A DNA stretch of 63,503 nucleotides, counting the filler, from Craspedostauros australis (Eukaryota), in the NCBI GenBank assembly GCA_030167865.1. It is 18 parts of 18 records of this genome, joined end to end, with 100 filler letters (N's around TTAATTAATTAA, not from the genome) between each part and the next. Parts side by side here need not be neighbours in the genome. Positions count along the whole stretch, not along the records: positions 1 to 13,496 come from JALAGF010001800.1; positions 13,597 to 16,097 come from JALAGF010001811.1; positions 16,198 to 18,169 come from JALAGF010001812.1; positions 18,270 to 21,306 come from JALAGF010001814.1; positions 21,407 to 26,850 come from JALAGF010001815.1; 13 more parts are not named here. One strand, 5' to 3'. Shown one piece after another: positions 12,926 through 25,700 of this stretch (within the stretch, counting starts at the first letter, position 1; every line of letters starts with the position of its first letter). Position numbers and translations under genes: made by a program. The notes under the pieces were generated by a model, which did not search any database, had not been told where the DNA came from, and was given only the letters and a program-made list of their open reading frames with translations.

Positions 12926-13496
12926 ACTCCATCAATAGAGGACTTTCGCATTCTGTTCCCCCCGCCCCTGTGTCATGTCGCGGTTCGCATTAACTCTCGA
13001 GTACGAAAAACGCACAGGACTGATTCGTGACAGAATCATGCTTGGATTAACTCGAGCGATATTGCGTTCGCGCCAAAACTGTGCGATTAATTTAGTCACG
13101 TTCGTTTTGATTCGTGCTGAAGAACATCACATTTGCTGATGCCTCTGTCGACACATCACCTCCTTCCGGTTTTTGGTAACTGCATGACAGATTTCCTCCA
13201 CACTGCACTTGATGCTATACTCGTGGTTTCTTCCATTCTTCCGCGTTCACTACGCTTTCGCATATACAACCTTTCTCCACGCACTATAGCTGGTCCTTCT
13301 CTTTCTAATGGTGCTGCGTATTTGGAACTCCCTTCCTGAGAGGCAGGCATTGCAAGAAGCCCACAATCGATTTGTTGAGGCTGTGAATCAGCTTTCACAG
13401 ATTGATGTGCACGGTCTGAACTACACTGGTGTTGCCATTCTTGTGGAGTACTTTAGTCACGTTATTGCATTAGGCTGCCATGTGCTGGAGATGCAG

Positions 13497-13596
13497 NNNN
13501 NNNNNNNNNNNNNNNNNNNNNNNNNNNNNNNNNNNNNNNNTTAATTAATTAANNNNNNNNNNNNNNNNNNNNNNNNNNNNNNNNNNNNNNNNNNNN
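13497..13596. other. Artificial contig-joining spacer (first of 17)
   Basis: 44 N + TTAATTAATTAA (stops in all six frames) + 44 N. Identical spacers start at 16098, 18170, 21307, 26851, 28093, 41503, 43256, 44467, 46233, 47438, 49806, 51434, 53425, 54877, 56146 and 62024. Confidence 0.98.
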
Positions 13597-14376
13597 GTGT
13601 TGACCCTTATCGAATCGCGTCTCGTCCTGCTCCTCCTTCGTTTGCTGCTCGTCTCGGCAGCAGTTGTATTGCCGATGCTGCGACTACTGCTGCGACTGCT
13701 GGTATAGCTGTGATTCCGGGCCTTCCTCCTGCTGCGTGTCGCACCAACGATGACATTATGATCGGAAGACGACATGAGCTGTGCATTGCGCGAGCGCCGC
13801 TTGCTGGAACGCCTCCTGGAGACAGGTCTGTGTGACGGTGAAGACGAACCCACGTTGAGATCACCATGCGATCTGGCCTTGTGCATCAGCGCTCGTCGAT
13901 TCGTTGCATTCTCGAGATGGTCGTCGGTCTTTCGTATCGGTATCTGCAGTTCGGTGTCATGAATGCGACGCTGCGCAGGCTCATCGTTGTTGGTGGCAGC
14001 GTTGGTGGTGGTGGCGTTGTTGTTGTCGATGATGGTCTTGGTTTTTGCAACGGCATGAGCTGCAGTATCGCTGACAATGACATGACTAATGTCGATACTG
14101 TCAGGGCGTGGTCCATCATCATCATCATCAACTAACGGAATGTGGTGATACAGATGATGATGATGATGATGATGATGATGGTGTAACCTAATTGGGATTA
14201 TGAGCTTTGCTGTTGTTGCTGTTGCTGTTGCTGCTCCTGGTCTTGTTTTTGTTCTTGTTGATGACAGTGGCTGGCCTGTTCTCATCGGTCATCCTCTGTG
14301 CTGTTTGTGTTCTCGCACTTTCAGCGCTGGCAGATTGCATCTTCGATGTCTCCAATCGAGGAATCAGTGTTAGCAT
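13597..14376 (-). CDS. Uncharacterised low-complexity protein, 3'-partial; gene structure uncertain
   Basis: Open frame with Ser/Arg-rich, diatom-style sequence (ARSHGDLNVGSSSPSHRPVSRRRSS) running into the spacer. Overlapping ORFs and a (CAT)n tract make the 5' part ambiguous. Confidence 0.35.
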
Positions 14377-15222
14377 AAATTCAGTCCAGCTGGTCGATGC
14401 AACGCCAAACCAGAACCAGAATGCCTGCGTTAGCTACACCACGATTAGGAGCCTCAACGACGCACGCAACAATTAGAGAACATGACGCAAAGTCAAGAGC
14501 ACAAGAACACCACTGTAGAATTAAGCCCATAAACACGCACACATTCACTCTTAGCAATTAATCAGCGAACCACGGCAGGCAGCCGGATTCGCCGCAGCCA
14601 CATCCTCGGGCATCTGCCTCGGCGGTGATTCTGAACGCGTCACGAAACTGGAATGGTCATCTTCCGCTCACCACCATTTACCCACCCGTGACTATTGGTA
14701 CGACGATAGCTCACCGGATCTACGACTACTCCACTCGCAGCATGAAACGGCTGCGCATGATGACGCGAAGCCAGCCGATGACTCCAATTCGAACAGTGGC
14801 AGGCGATCAAGTGCCTGGTTGGATCACCGATGGCAAAGCGCAGACCACAAGCTGAGCCCGCTTGCTCCATCGGCAGGAAAGATGCACAATGGGGCTCGCC
14901 GAACAAAAACCGGTGGTGCGATTGCATGCCCTGCGAGCTGGGTCGGAGAGAGACTTGAATGGAGCCTTGGAATCGCGCTTTCAAAACAAGAGAGCGCCGT
15001 GGCAGTGCCATGGTCTGTGAATTGAAAACACGGCAGGATTGAGGTGATTTCATCTGTAAAGTGTTATTCTGAGGTGCTGATCGGTCATTACTACGCAAAT
15101 TGATTGGAGCAACATACTCGTACGATCAGTGTTTCATTGGCAAATTACTTCTGCTATATATTCATTGTGTAATTGTTGGAATCTCGTAGGGTTGACAAGT
15201 TCTGCACTTCATGACTCCATCA

Positions 15223-16097
15223 TTAGTTGCTGCTTGCATCATTGTTTGAAAACTCTTTGTGCGTCTGTTCGTACTTTTGCAGAAGATGCGCCCCGACCGT
15301 AATGGGCTCGAGCTGATGCACGCGCTTGGTCCCATCGGCGTTGCGTTCGCCGCTGTCATAGTCGCGACAATTGTCAAGGCATTCCACGAGCGCATCGAAC
15401 GACGGATCGTAAAAGACGGGCGCGGAATAGCGTGCTCGCGACCCGTTGCTCAGCACGCGGTGTTTCGTGCTCCTGCATTTCCCATTCGTCCAGCGCTCCA
15501 GCATATCGCCGAGGTTGATGACGAACTTGTTGGGTTGTGGCGGCACGTCGATCCATTCCCCGCGCTTGGTCAAGATTTGCAACCCCGGGTTGTCGTCGGT
15601 GAGCAGCAGCGTGATCATGCCGTAGTCGGAGTGCGCGCCGCATGCAAAAATGCCGTTGTCGGGATCGCTCTTGGTGGGTTCGTATCGATTCAACCGCAGC
15701 GTGGTGATGGGGTTCTCGAAATGGGAATCAAAGTAGGTCGGCTCCACATCCAGCGCCACGGCGAGCATCTGGACGACCTGATGACCCACCGACATTGCCG
15801 TTTGATAGTACCGTTCCATCGTCGGTTGGAAGTCAGGAATGCCATGCTCATCGGACGGCCATTGGTTGGGACCGCGCAGCTTGGAGACGTCGTACATCGG
15901 ATCGGTCTCCGCAATGTGCTTGCCAATGTAGAAGCCCTCCTTCGTGTCGCCCTTATCCTTCTGCACAGCAGGGTCCAAAGTCTCGTTGCCCAATGCCAGG
16001 TATCCCCGACTCATGGCGCGGTCCACCATCATCAGCTTCTTCTCAACCGGAAGCTGGAAGAGGGCCTTGGTTTGGTCAAGGACCCCGTCGATGGTCT
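15223..16097 (-). CDS. 2-oxoglutarate/Fe(II)-dependent oxygenase (DIOX_N + 2OG-FeII_Oxy), 5'-partial
   Basis: RGY...ETLD, DTKEGFYIG, GPNQWP, LRLNRY, GAHSDYG (HxD), NLGDMLERWTNG..STKHRV (distal His) and RYS (RxS) motifs. Confidence 0.92.
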
Positions 16098-16714
16098 NNN
16101 NNNNNNNNNNNNNNNNNNNNNNNNNNNNNNNNNNNNNNNNNTTAATTAATTAANNNNNNNNNNNNNNNNNNNNNNNNNNNNNNNNNNNNNNNNNNNNCCC
16201 AGATGAATCAGCATCCTTGGCATGCCTACCGCTGCCACGCAATCCTCAACATTTCTTCGAAACCAACCGCCTCACCAACGCAAACTGTGATTGTGTCGAT
16301 GATAGGCACGACTGGATAACAAAATCGAAGCACGACTGGAGTTTCCAACCCCAATTGCACGTCTACGTCCGCATGCCCAACGTTTGTAGAAATAGACTAA
16401 TGCGAAAAATATAAACTTTTTAACTACAAGGATCAGGAGCTTGCCACTTCACACATATACTATCTACAGAATTATAGGATGAATGAAGGCCTCAAATTAA
16501 AAATCGGCACGATAATACCTTTGTATCCTGAATGGGGTCGTATGACATCGAACACAACACAAATCTCTGTTCACCAAGGAAAACAAGAATGTGAGACCTG
16601 TCACACAAAACCGAAAACAAACAATGGTATCACAAAACATGCTAAAAAAATGACAAGAAGATGATATTACATTGAAATGAATCTATACACTATTTCAGTG
16701 AATGGCCACCTATC

Positions 16715-17652
16715 AATGTGGATGCTGTTGTGGAGCTTGGACACGGACGGCATGCTTCAATCGAAGTGGCTGTCGATGCGATGCTGTTGTGGAGCTTGGA
16801 CATGGACGGCATGCTCCAATCGAAGTGGTTGTGGATGCGATGCTGTCGTGGAGCATGGACATGGACGGCATGCTTCAATCGATGCGGCTGTGGCTGTCGG
16901 TGCGATGCTGTTGGAGAGCATGGACACGGACAGCATGCTTCAATCGATGCGGCTGCGGCTGTCAATGCGATGCTGTTGGCGAGCATGGACACGGACGGCA
17001 TGCTTCAATCGATGCGGCTGTGGCTGTCCATGTGATGCTGTTGGAGAGCATGGACACGGACGGCATGCTTCAATCGAATTGGATGTGGCTGTGGCTGTCG
17101 GTGCGATGCTGTTGGCGAGCATGGACACGGACGGCATGCTTCAATGGAAGTGGCTGTAGCTGTGGATGCGATGCTGTTGGCGAGCATGGACATGGACGGC
17201 ATGCTTCAATCGAAGTGGGTGTGGCTGTGATGTTGTCGTGGAGCATGGACTCGGACGGCATGCTTCAATCGCAGTGGCTGTAGCTGTGGATGCGATGCTG
17301 TTGGCGAGCATGGACTCGGACGGCATGCTTCAATCGCAGTGGTTGCGGTTGTGGATGTGATGCTGTTGGAGAGCATGGACTCGGACGGCATGCTTCAATC
17401 GCAGTGGCTGTAGCTGTGGATGTGGATGTGATGCTGTGATGGAGCATGGACTCGGACGGCATGCTTCAATCGCAGTGGTTGCGGTTGTGGATGTGATGCT
17501 GTGATGGAGCATGGACTCGGACGGCATGCTTCAATCGCAGTGGCTGTCGATGCGATGCTGTTGGAGAGCATGGACATGGACTGCATGCTTGGATCGATGC
17601 GGCTGTGGCTGTTGATGTGATGCTGTCATGGAGCATGGACACGGACTGCATC
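16715..17652. repeat. Minisatellite, ~14-15 copies of a 59/65/71-bp unit
   Basis: Conserved core GATGCTGTTGG(A/C)GAGCATGGAC(A/T)CGGACGGCATGCTTCAATCG plus a variable number of GTGGCT-like hexamers. Successive periods from 16940: 65, 65, 71, 65, 59, 65, 65, 71, 65. Confidence 0.93.
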
Positions 17653-18269
17653 CGTCACTCTTTGGGGTTGGCTTCTCGCATCGATGTGGATGTGATGATG
17701 AGGGGCTGGGCTTTTCAGATTGGTTTTGTGCTGTTGATGTTGATGTTGTCATTGTCTTTGCTGTTGTGGTCACTTGCATTGTCACTTGCATTGTCACTTT
17801 CATTTTCACTTTCGTCGTGGCTGTCGTCGTTGTTGTCGTTGTCGCTGTGCTGTCGGCTTTTCGTCTTCTGCCCATCCTGGTGCCTTGATGTGCAATGGAC
17901 ATGAACAATGACGCAAGCCCATGCCGAAACAAAGCCAAGTTCCTTGTTCTGGGCCACTCAAAACCGATGACTTTCATTGGCGCAGAAACCGGACACAACT
18001 GTCCAACCCAGAATCTGGATACCGCGAACTGTCGTTGCAGACACCAAAACGACTCTTATTACATAACGGAGTGATTTCGCAGTTTTTTCAACGCCTCGAT
18101 GAAATTTGTTTGAAATTGAATGTAACATGTGGAAGACGTCTCATGCAGCTGGAAAACGATCAAAACACGNNNNNNNNNNNNNNNNNNNNNNNNNNNNNNN
18201 NNNNNNNNNNNNNTTAATTAATTAANNNNNNNNNNNNNNNNNNNNNNNNNNNNNNNNNNNNNNNNNNNN

Positions 18270-21200
18270 GACTTCGCGCATTTTGCGATGGTGAGCTGCC
18301 GGATGATGTTTGGTGAAGTAGTCGGCGAGGTTGTCTGCTCCTGGGGCCCAATATATGATGAATTGGCCCTGTTGGACGCGGTCGCGTACCCAGTAGAATC
18401 GCATGTCCATTGCCCGTGTGCGTCGTTGTTTCATCGTGTTGTTCACAATCCCGGATGCTGTGGAATTGTCTGTTTTGATGGGCGTAGGTGGTTGGGGATG
18501 TCCCAGTTCGTCGAGCGTCGTGCGAAGTGCTGTGGCTGCTGTGCAGTTCAAGTACAGGGCGCCCACTTCGGCTTCGGCGGCGGAGCTCATCACATTTTGT
18601 ATTTTGTTGCATACGGTGTGAATGGCGCCATTGTTGGGTGGCGCTGTGTTCGGGGCCTTGTTGGTATCGGTGGACCGCTTGCTGAGGTACATGTGGCCGC
18701 CGGCTCGGCTTCTCGCCTTCGGCAGGCTGAGGTAGGAGGCGTCGCTGTCGACATGCAAGACCATGTCGCTGGCTTGATACACCAGGATGGCGTTGGGGTG
18801 TGTGGCGCAGTAGTCCATGAGCTGGTTCACGCGCCGCTCGGTGTCTTGTGTCGCGTGGGCCTGCTGTGTGGCGATGTCGCTTACTGCTGGCAGGATGGTT
18901 GGGTCTACCGCACGGGCGTAGTACAGCAGTGTCCCCACCACCTGTCGAATGCGGATGATTTGTTCTGCCGGGAGCTTGGGCGACGTGTCGTCGTGTTTGG
19001 GTTCTTGCGTCTTCGCCCCGTAGGTCAGCGCGTCCCATGGCGCTGGCGCATGTTGTGGTCGAGTGGGGATCGGGTGTTGGAACTTGTGGAGTGCTTTTTG
19101 CACGTATCCTGGCATGGAGAGCTCCACTGTTCGTTTCGCGTAGTCCCATTTGAGACTCACGCCGCAGTAGAGATCGCCGCTCCACTCGACCGTACACTTG
19201 TAGATGGTTTGCAAAGCGCCGATGAGGTGCTTCGCGTGTTCTTCGCCCACATANTTCACACCGAAATCGTCGACGACCAGGGTGAAAGTGATGGGTCTGC
19301 AATCGTGTTTCCACAGTCCAGGCGTGTGCACGACTGGGCGGTATCCGAATTTTGCGAGGTGTTTCTGGAGTTTCACATTCGCGATTTTGCCGGCCTGTGG
19401 GAGGCCGTACATGCCCTTGCGTACCTCCACATACACGTTGCCTTTGTGTTCGAGGTCGTGGAGTTTGTATTGTTCGACGACTTCTGGTGGCATCATGGCG
19501 ATGGGCATTCGCATGTATTCGTAGCGCTCCATCTCGGTGTTGAGGTAAAAGTCTTTGATGTCGATGGTCATGAACTTGGCTGCTGGCGTAGAGATCACAC
19601 TGTTGAAGAGACACTTGGCTGTTGTCAGTTCGGCGGTTGGTGTGTGTACGTCGAACGGGTAGTCGATGAGGTTGCCGCCTACGGTGAGGCGCGTGCGGTG
19701 GGTTTCGGCCTTCTGTGGTCGCACGGCGCACACGATGCGTCCGTATGTGATGGTTCGATCCTTGGGGACTTCGTTTCTCGGGATGAAGAAGATGGTGTTT
19801 GTGGCCGCTGTCGCGGGTATGCGCGTGCCGATGCCTTGTGCCAGTCTTCCAATTTCGTTGGCAAATGATCGGTACCACTGCTCGGGTGTGTGGCCATGCA
19901 CTTTTCCTGCGACGAGATGTCGGTACTCGTACGCGGTTCCGGTGCGTTCGTCGATGACGGCGTTGGCCTTTGGGGCTTTGGCGTCCCATCGTCGTCGCTG
20001 GATGGCGCCTGTGCGTAGTCTCGTGCGGGTTGCGCTGGTCGTTTCGCTTGGTGGTGTGTCGTCGTGGTCGTCGTCATCTTCGTCGCCGGAGTCTTCGTCG
20101 TCCGTCACCGCCGGCGCCGTCTCTGGCACCCTCGGAGGTGCTGGCGTGTGCTGGTGGACAGCGCGTGGTTGGCTGGTTCGAGTGTTTGTTGTTGCCGTCG
20201 TCGCTGGGACTGTTGTGCGTTCCGGCACCCTCGGAAGTGGTGCATCTCGTTTGGCTGGGGCGACTGTTTGGAAGATTCGGCTGAGTTCCTCCAACGCGCC
20301 TAGTTGCTGGTCGCCGACTGCTTGTATTGGTGGGCAGGGCGTTTTGAGTGCCTCGGCCAGGTCGCCTGCGGCTTTGATGGCTAGCTCTGCGTTGGTTGGC
20401 ATCGGTGTTGCGCAACGACTTGGCTTGAGTTCGACGGTGTCGGTGATGCGGACTTTCCGCGTGTTGGTGCAGTAGATTTGGTAGCATTGGTAGTGTTCCA
20501 TGGCTGGTGCGATGTACCATCCTTTGGTTTCGTGCGGTGCCCATGTGGCTCGTTTTGCTGGCTTGTCGTGTGCGATGGCTTTCGTGCCTGGTGGTGCGAG
20601 GGGTGTTGCGTTGAAATCGAAGTTTCCATGGAGGACGTGATACGCGGAGACGTGTGGGTTCACTCGTGATGGCCGGAGCAGATTGAGTGTGATGTCGCAC
20701 TGAGGTAGCATTCGGCACCATAGATGCAATGGGAAGTCGTCGTCGGCTGTTGCCAGACCTGCGATGAAGTGATCTTTCCATGTCGATATTGCTCTTTTGG
20801 CGGCGTTGCGCCGATGGATGCCTGGTGGAACTAGTTGGTATTCCATGTTTTTGGCTTGGATGAGCTGCTTGAGCTCTGCAGGCGCCTCGTTGTCCATTCG
20901 GTGGAATCGTGGCTTGAGACCCGCTCGCAGGAGAACATCCAGTAGTTCGCCGCATGCTCGCGTGAGTTCTGATGCGTGGCGACTGCGCATGGGGCGTGAT
21001 AGAATGGCGTTCGAATCATGATCGTAGAGTATCATGATGTACTGGTTGCCTCTGCTTGACGTCACCGGGAAACGTCCAGTTTGATCGGTGTACGTCTTCC
21101 CTGTTGGCCGAAAAACGTCCATGAACACGTCATGGGGTTCGGGGGCATTCTTGGTGGACTGGTTGCCGTGATTGCACCGGTTCTTCGTGGATTGGGTGTT

Positions 21201-21306
21201 CTGGTACTGTTGACGCATGTGGCCTGCTGCCGTTGCATCGGAAGGTGGAAGGAATTTTTGAATTAGTTGCTCTGTGAGTCCCGGCCAGGACGCGAAGAAT
21301 CCTTTC
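18270..21306 (-). mobile_element. Ty1/Copia (CoDi-type) pol: integrase, reverse transcriptase and RNase H, truncated at both ends by spacers
   Basis: WPGLT...GHM, YTDQTGRFPVTSSRGNQY, MDNE and HRRNAA(K)RAI (integrase); DIKDFYL, KGMYGLPQAG and LVVDDFG (RT); SDASYLS, SAAEAE, TDNSTA and NLADYFTKHH (RNase H). INT-RT-RH order is Copia. Confidence 0.95.
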
Positions 21307-21406
21307 NNNNNNNNNNNNNNNNNNNNNNNNNNNNNNNNNNNNNNNNNNNNTTAATTAATTAANNNNNNNNNNNNNNNNNNNNNNNNNNNNNNNNNNNNNN
21401 NNNNNN

Positions 21407-21637
21407 TATGAAGGAACATCCGAAGCAGGTAGGCAAGTATATCAAGAATTGGAGGCTGTACAACCGTAACGAGCAGGATTGCGCAAAAGGGGCAAGATCC
21501 AGATCGAAACGTGGATGGGATACACGACTCATAACGATCCATTGAGTCGATACGCTTAACGGGACTAAGATCGTGACTCGGGATAGGGGCGCGCCAGCCT
21601 CGCCAGTTATGAAATTATGAGCCACGCAAACACCTCC
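21407..21637 (+). mobile_element. Right end of a second element of the same Harbinger-like TIR family
   Basis: CCAGTTATGAAATTATGAGCCACGCAAACACCTCC closely matches the right TIR at 12891-12925 and is followed by AGT, the reverse complement of ACT. Confidence 0.65.
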
Positions 21638-22712
21638 AGTACGGCAGAGTCGTTCAATTTCTTCACTTGTGGCTCCATCGAACTTTCATTTTAGCGTGCC
21701 ATACGCTGTGTTGGGAATCGCATCAGCACGTGCATGAGGTCACGGACGGTTCTTCGGCATTTGGGTCGACGCGGCTTCTTGATTGTTGTGCCCTTCGTGT
21801 TATTCTGGACATAGGTATGCAGGAATGAGGGTTCGCCATTCCTCCACATCACGGTACTTGTGCCTGTGACCAATGCCAGTTCGCAGTTATCTCATGTGAA
21901 CGACTTTTTACACCACGAACACGGCACAAAACAGCAAAATTGTGTGGAGAGGCTCAATTCCTGCTCGTATCCATGACAACCATTGCTCTTTCGCCATTTT
22001 GCTCCTGTTTGGTGTTGCGATTTTCTGGAGTCGATCCTGTTTTGGTGTCGCCAGCCTTCCTGTCATCTGCGTTGGCGGCAACCACAAGGAGGCCATCCAT
22101 GTCGTCTGTTGTTTGCAAAATAGTTATGGAGTAGATCGTGTCTGTGCTCTCCAACGATGCATTTGGACGGTCAACAGGTAATGGGGCAAATTGGGATCAC
22201 ATGGAAAGAGGTTAAAGCCGGGCCGCTAGGAGGCGGAAGGAACTTTGTTCAGAAGGGAAGCAATCATCACGATGGAGGCGAGCGGAATCAACTCAGCCCG
22301 CTGGGGTGGAACGCCCGGGCTGCGCTATCTGCCCACGCGACCGATCACCATCGCGGCTCCAAAACGCTACGCGATGGAGCGAAGGTCTCGCACACCAACC
22401 GCCAAGGGCACAAAGTGGGAGCACAGGTGGCAAAAACACCGCGGTTTCCATCTGCCGGGCAGCCAAGGGACACACCAGCGTCGTTTGCCGATCCGGCTCC
22501 TCCGTTTCCACAACTCCAACCAACCCACACGACCGTACGTACGAGTAGAAGCTGCTCCGCGCGTGCTCGTATCCCACCACAATTCTCAACATCGAGACCA
22601 AAACAGGACCATCAGGAGAGACAGGCAAACCACAGCAGCAACATTTGTCTGGACCTAAGAGTACGCACGTATCATACTATTGTAATACAGCACGAGCGCA
22701 GGCGCCATCAAC

Positions 22713-25700
22713 ATGACCACAATTGCTGAGCACAAGCACAAGGACGCGACCTCCATTCCTGAATTCGAGAGCGCTCGAACCAACATGCAAATCGACAAGG
22801 CGGTTTACAATGCGCACGGTCCCGAAGATCCGAGTCTATCCCATGATGCCTCCTCCATCGTCAGTGACCTGGACTCGCACCAAGCGGAGCTTCCCTTCGA
22901 TCAGGTTGGCCTGATCGGCAGGAGCAAGGAGCTCAGGTTGCTTCGGCATGCATTCAACAAGACTTTCATGGGGACAGCCCAACGTAGCGATGCGTCTCGC
23001 GATGCCAAAGAACCCAACAGCTGTGACATCAGCGGTGACAGCAGCATCGGCAAGAGCCTGGATTCTGCAGAGTTTGAAGCGGATGCTCCGAAGAGCAACG
23101 GCAGCATCGAAAACGACCACAGCAGCGCTGTGCTGCCAACCGTCCCACCCTCGAGAAGGACGCTCGTGCTCATACCGGGGCACTCGGGCAGTGGAAAGAC
23201 GGCGCTTGCCATGCAAGTGAAACAATTCGGGTATGCCCAAGACACCACCAAGCGGCAACCACCCTTCCATGGTTTCTTCGCATGTGGCAAATGCGAGATC
23301 TCCGAAATGAATGCGGAACAACCGTACGCCGGCATCAAATCGGCCTTGAGGGATCTGTGCAATCAGATCCTCTGCTTGCCAAGGGACGAGCAGCAGACTG
23401 ATTTCTTGAGCACCGCACCATTGTCGAAGATGGTCAAGAAAGCGGCATCAATGACCGTATCAGAATCCACCGCGGCTTCGTCGTCTTCCGTATCCTCGTC
23501 TGCATCGGTGTCATCATCGTCGTCATCTCCAACGCCGTCACCGTTGCTGTTGCCGTCACCAACAGCGAATGAGGCGAATGCAAGGTCTGATGGAGAAACG
23601 GGTCCTTCCTCGCCACCAGAAGCCGTGAACGACCCGCGTCGGCTCTCCATTCTTCGGGAGAAGCTGAAACAAGGAATGACACGAGGCGAGATTCTCGCGC
23701 TGTCCAATGTCATCCCCGAACTTCCTCAAGTCGTTTACGGCGTCGACTTCCTGGAAGTGGTCGGCGATTCTGTCAGCGCCGGCACCTCCGCCAAGCAAGT
23801 GAGTGACGAATCCTGCGCCATGAGCGTATCGACCGCATTCTCGATGAGACAGCACAAGACCAGACCGTGGACCGAGCGCATCGGATACCGCGCCCACGGC
23901 GACAGGCTCAAGTTCGCCCTCCAGAAGCTGATCCAGATTGTGTGCAGCTACCGCCCCCTGGTCTTCGTCGTCGATGATCTGCAGTGGGCGGACAAGGCGT
24001 CGCTGGATATTCTCAAATCATGGATGTTCGACACCCAGAATTCGTCCCTGATGGTGATTGGATGCTACAGATCCAACCTCCTTGAGGAAAATGATTCCCT
24101 CAAGGCCACCCTGACGACTCTCGAAGAATCCAAGCGAGAGAGGTCGTTGCGGATCGTCAACCTCCCCATCCAAGACCTGGAACTCCATCACATAAATGAG
24201 ATGCTGTGTCGTTTGCTGGGCTCTCAACCATCGAACGCATCCAACACGTTGGATGTCACCGACCAAAGCGTTGGCGGCCACTGCAAGGTCGTGGAAGCTC
24301 TTGCCGATGTTGTGCATAAGAAGACAGGAGGCAACCCTTTGTTCATTCAACGATTCCTGCAATCGTTGGTGCATGACAAGTTGCTGAGATACAACGCCTC
24401 GTCGTTCTCGCCAGCACGAACACCAGCATCAACATCGAAATCAACATCGAAATCAACAGCGGCACCTGCATGGAAGTGGACATGGGACGATGACGAAATG
24501 AAAGCCAGGTCGCCAACCGCCACCACCGTCCTCACCATCATGAAGAACAAGTTGAAGCAGGTCACGAATGCATGCCAGATCCTCCCCATTGCGGCATGCT
24601 TGGGTGCGTCGTTTTCATACTCGACGATCTCTATTGTCATGCGCGGCCTCTCGATCCATTCGGCTCATTCGGCCTTCGTGCAGGAGCTGTTCGGAATCGA
24701 TCGATTCGTTTCGACCAAAGACATCGGCAAGATGCTGAGAGCATGCGAGCGCGAAGGCCTGCTGGAGAAATCACAAGGCCGTGCAGCTTCTGCGGACGAA
24801 CGCAACCAGCTGTCTTCGATCACGGAATCCAGCAACCTGCAAAGGAAGAAGGCCAGAGGTGGCTCCAAGAAATCCATCATCTACAATTTCAGCCATGACA
24901 AGGTCCAAGAAGCGGCTCTGGATTTGGTGGAGGAAAAGGAGCAGCTTTCAGAGCTCAAGTACCGTGTTGGCGAGATCCTGCTGTTCGGCCTCCCGGAGGA
25001 GGAGCTCGATCAGAAGATCTTCATGGTCACCAACCTCGTCAACTCCAGACTTGATCTCGTGCCTGACGTCAACAAAGGCAACCGCGGCAGGCGCGTGACG
25101 ATGCTCAATTTCCATGCCGGCACCAAGGCCGTCAGCTGCTCGGCGTTCCAGCTGGCGTCCATCTACTTCAAGCATTCCATCGATCTCCTCCCCAACAACC
25201 ACTGGGACGTGATGAGCGACGAGACTTTGGAGATCTACAGCGCCGCGGCCGAGTGTGCGTTTGTCCTATCAAATCTTGACCAGGCTCGCAGGTACTGCAC
25301 CGTCATCACGGAATCCAAATGCGATACGCTGCTCAAGATCGATGCCTACCAAACCCTCATCGACGTGGCGATGGCTGAGGTCCAAAAAGACACGCAGGAG
25401 GCAAGCGCCGTGGGTATCTGCATGGACGTTCTCTCCCAGCTGGGGTGCAAGCTTCCGAAACCGGGGTTCCAGCGGATGTTCCACAGCGCCATTGGTTTGA
25501 TCAAGCTGAAGCACACAGTTTCCAAGATCACTCCAAAGGTGATCAATGATCTTCGCGTCATCGACAACGAGAAGGAGGATGCCATTTTACGAATATTGGG
25601 GAAACTGACCAAGGTCTGCTACTTCTTTGATAAAAAGTCCATCACATGCGTAGTGCTGCAGATCATGCGTCGAACTCTCAAGTACGGCGTATCTGAGCAC

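Noticed and set aside
16677..17651. Many Cys/Met-rich ORFs on both strands
   Set aside because: Translation by-products of a repeat whose unit length is not a multiple of 3.
16715..17652. CRISPR-like array (constant core plus variable part)
   Set aside because: The variable parts are related GTGGCT-type hexamer runs, not unique spacers; no cas genes; eukaryotic context.
18214..20955. Long alternative-frame and antisense ORFs over Copia pol
   Set aside because: No motifs; expected from GC-rich codon usage of the real ORF.
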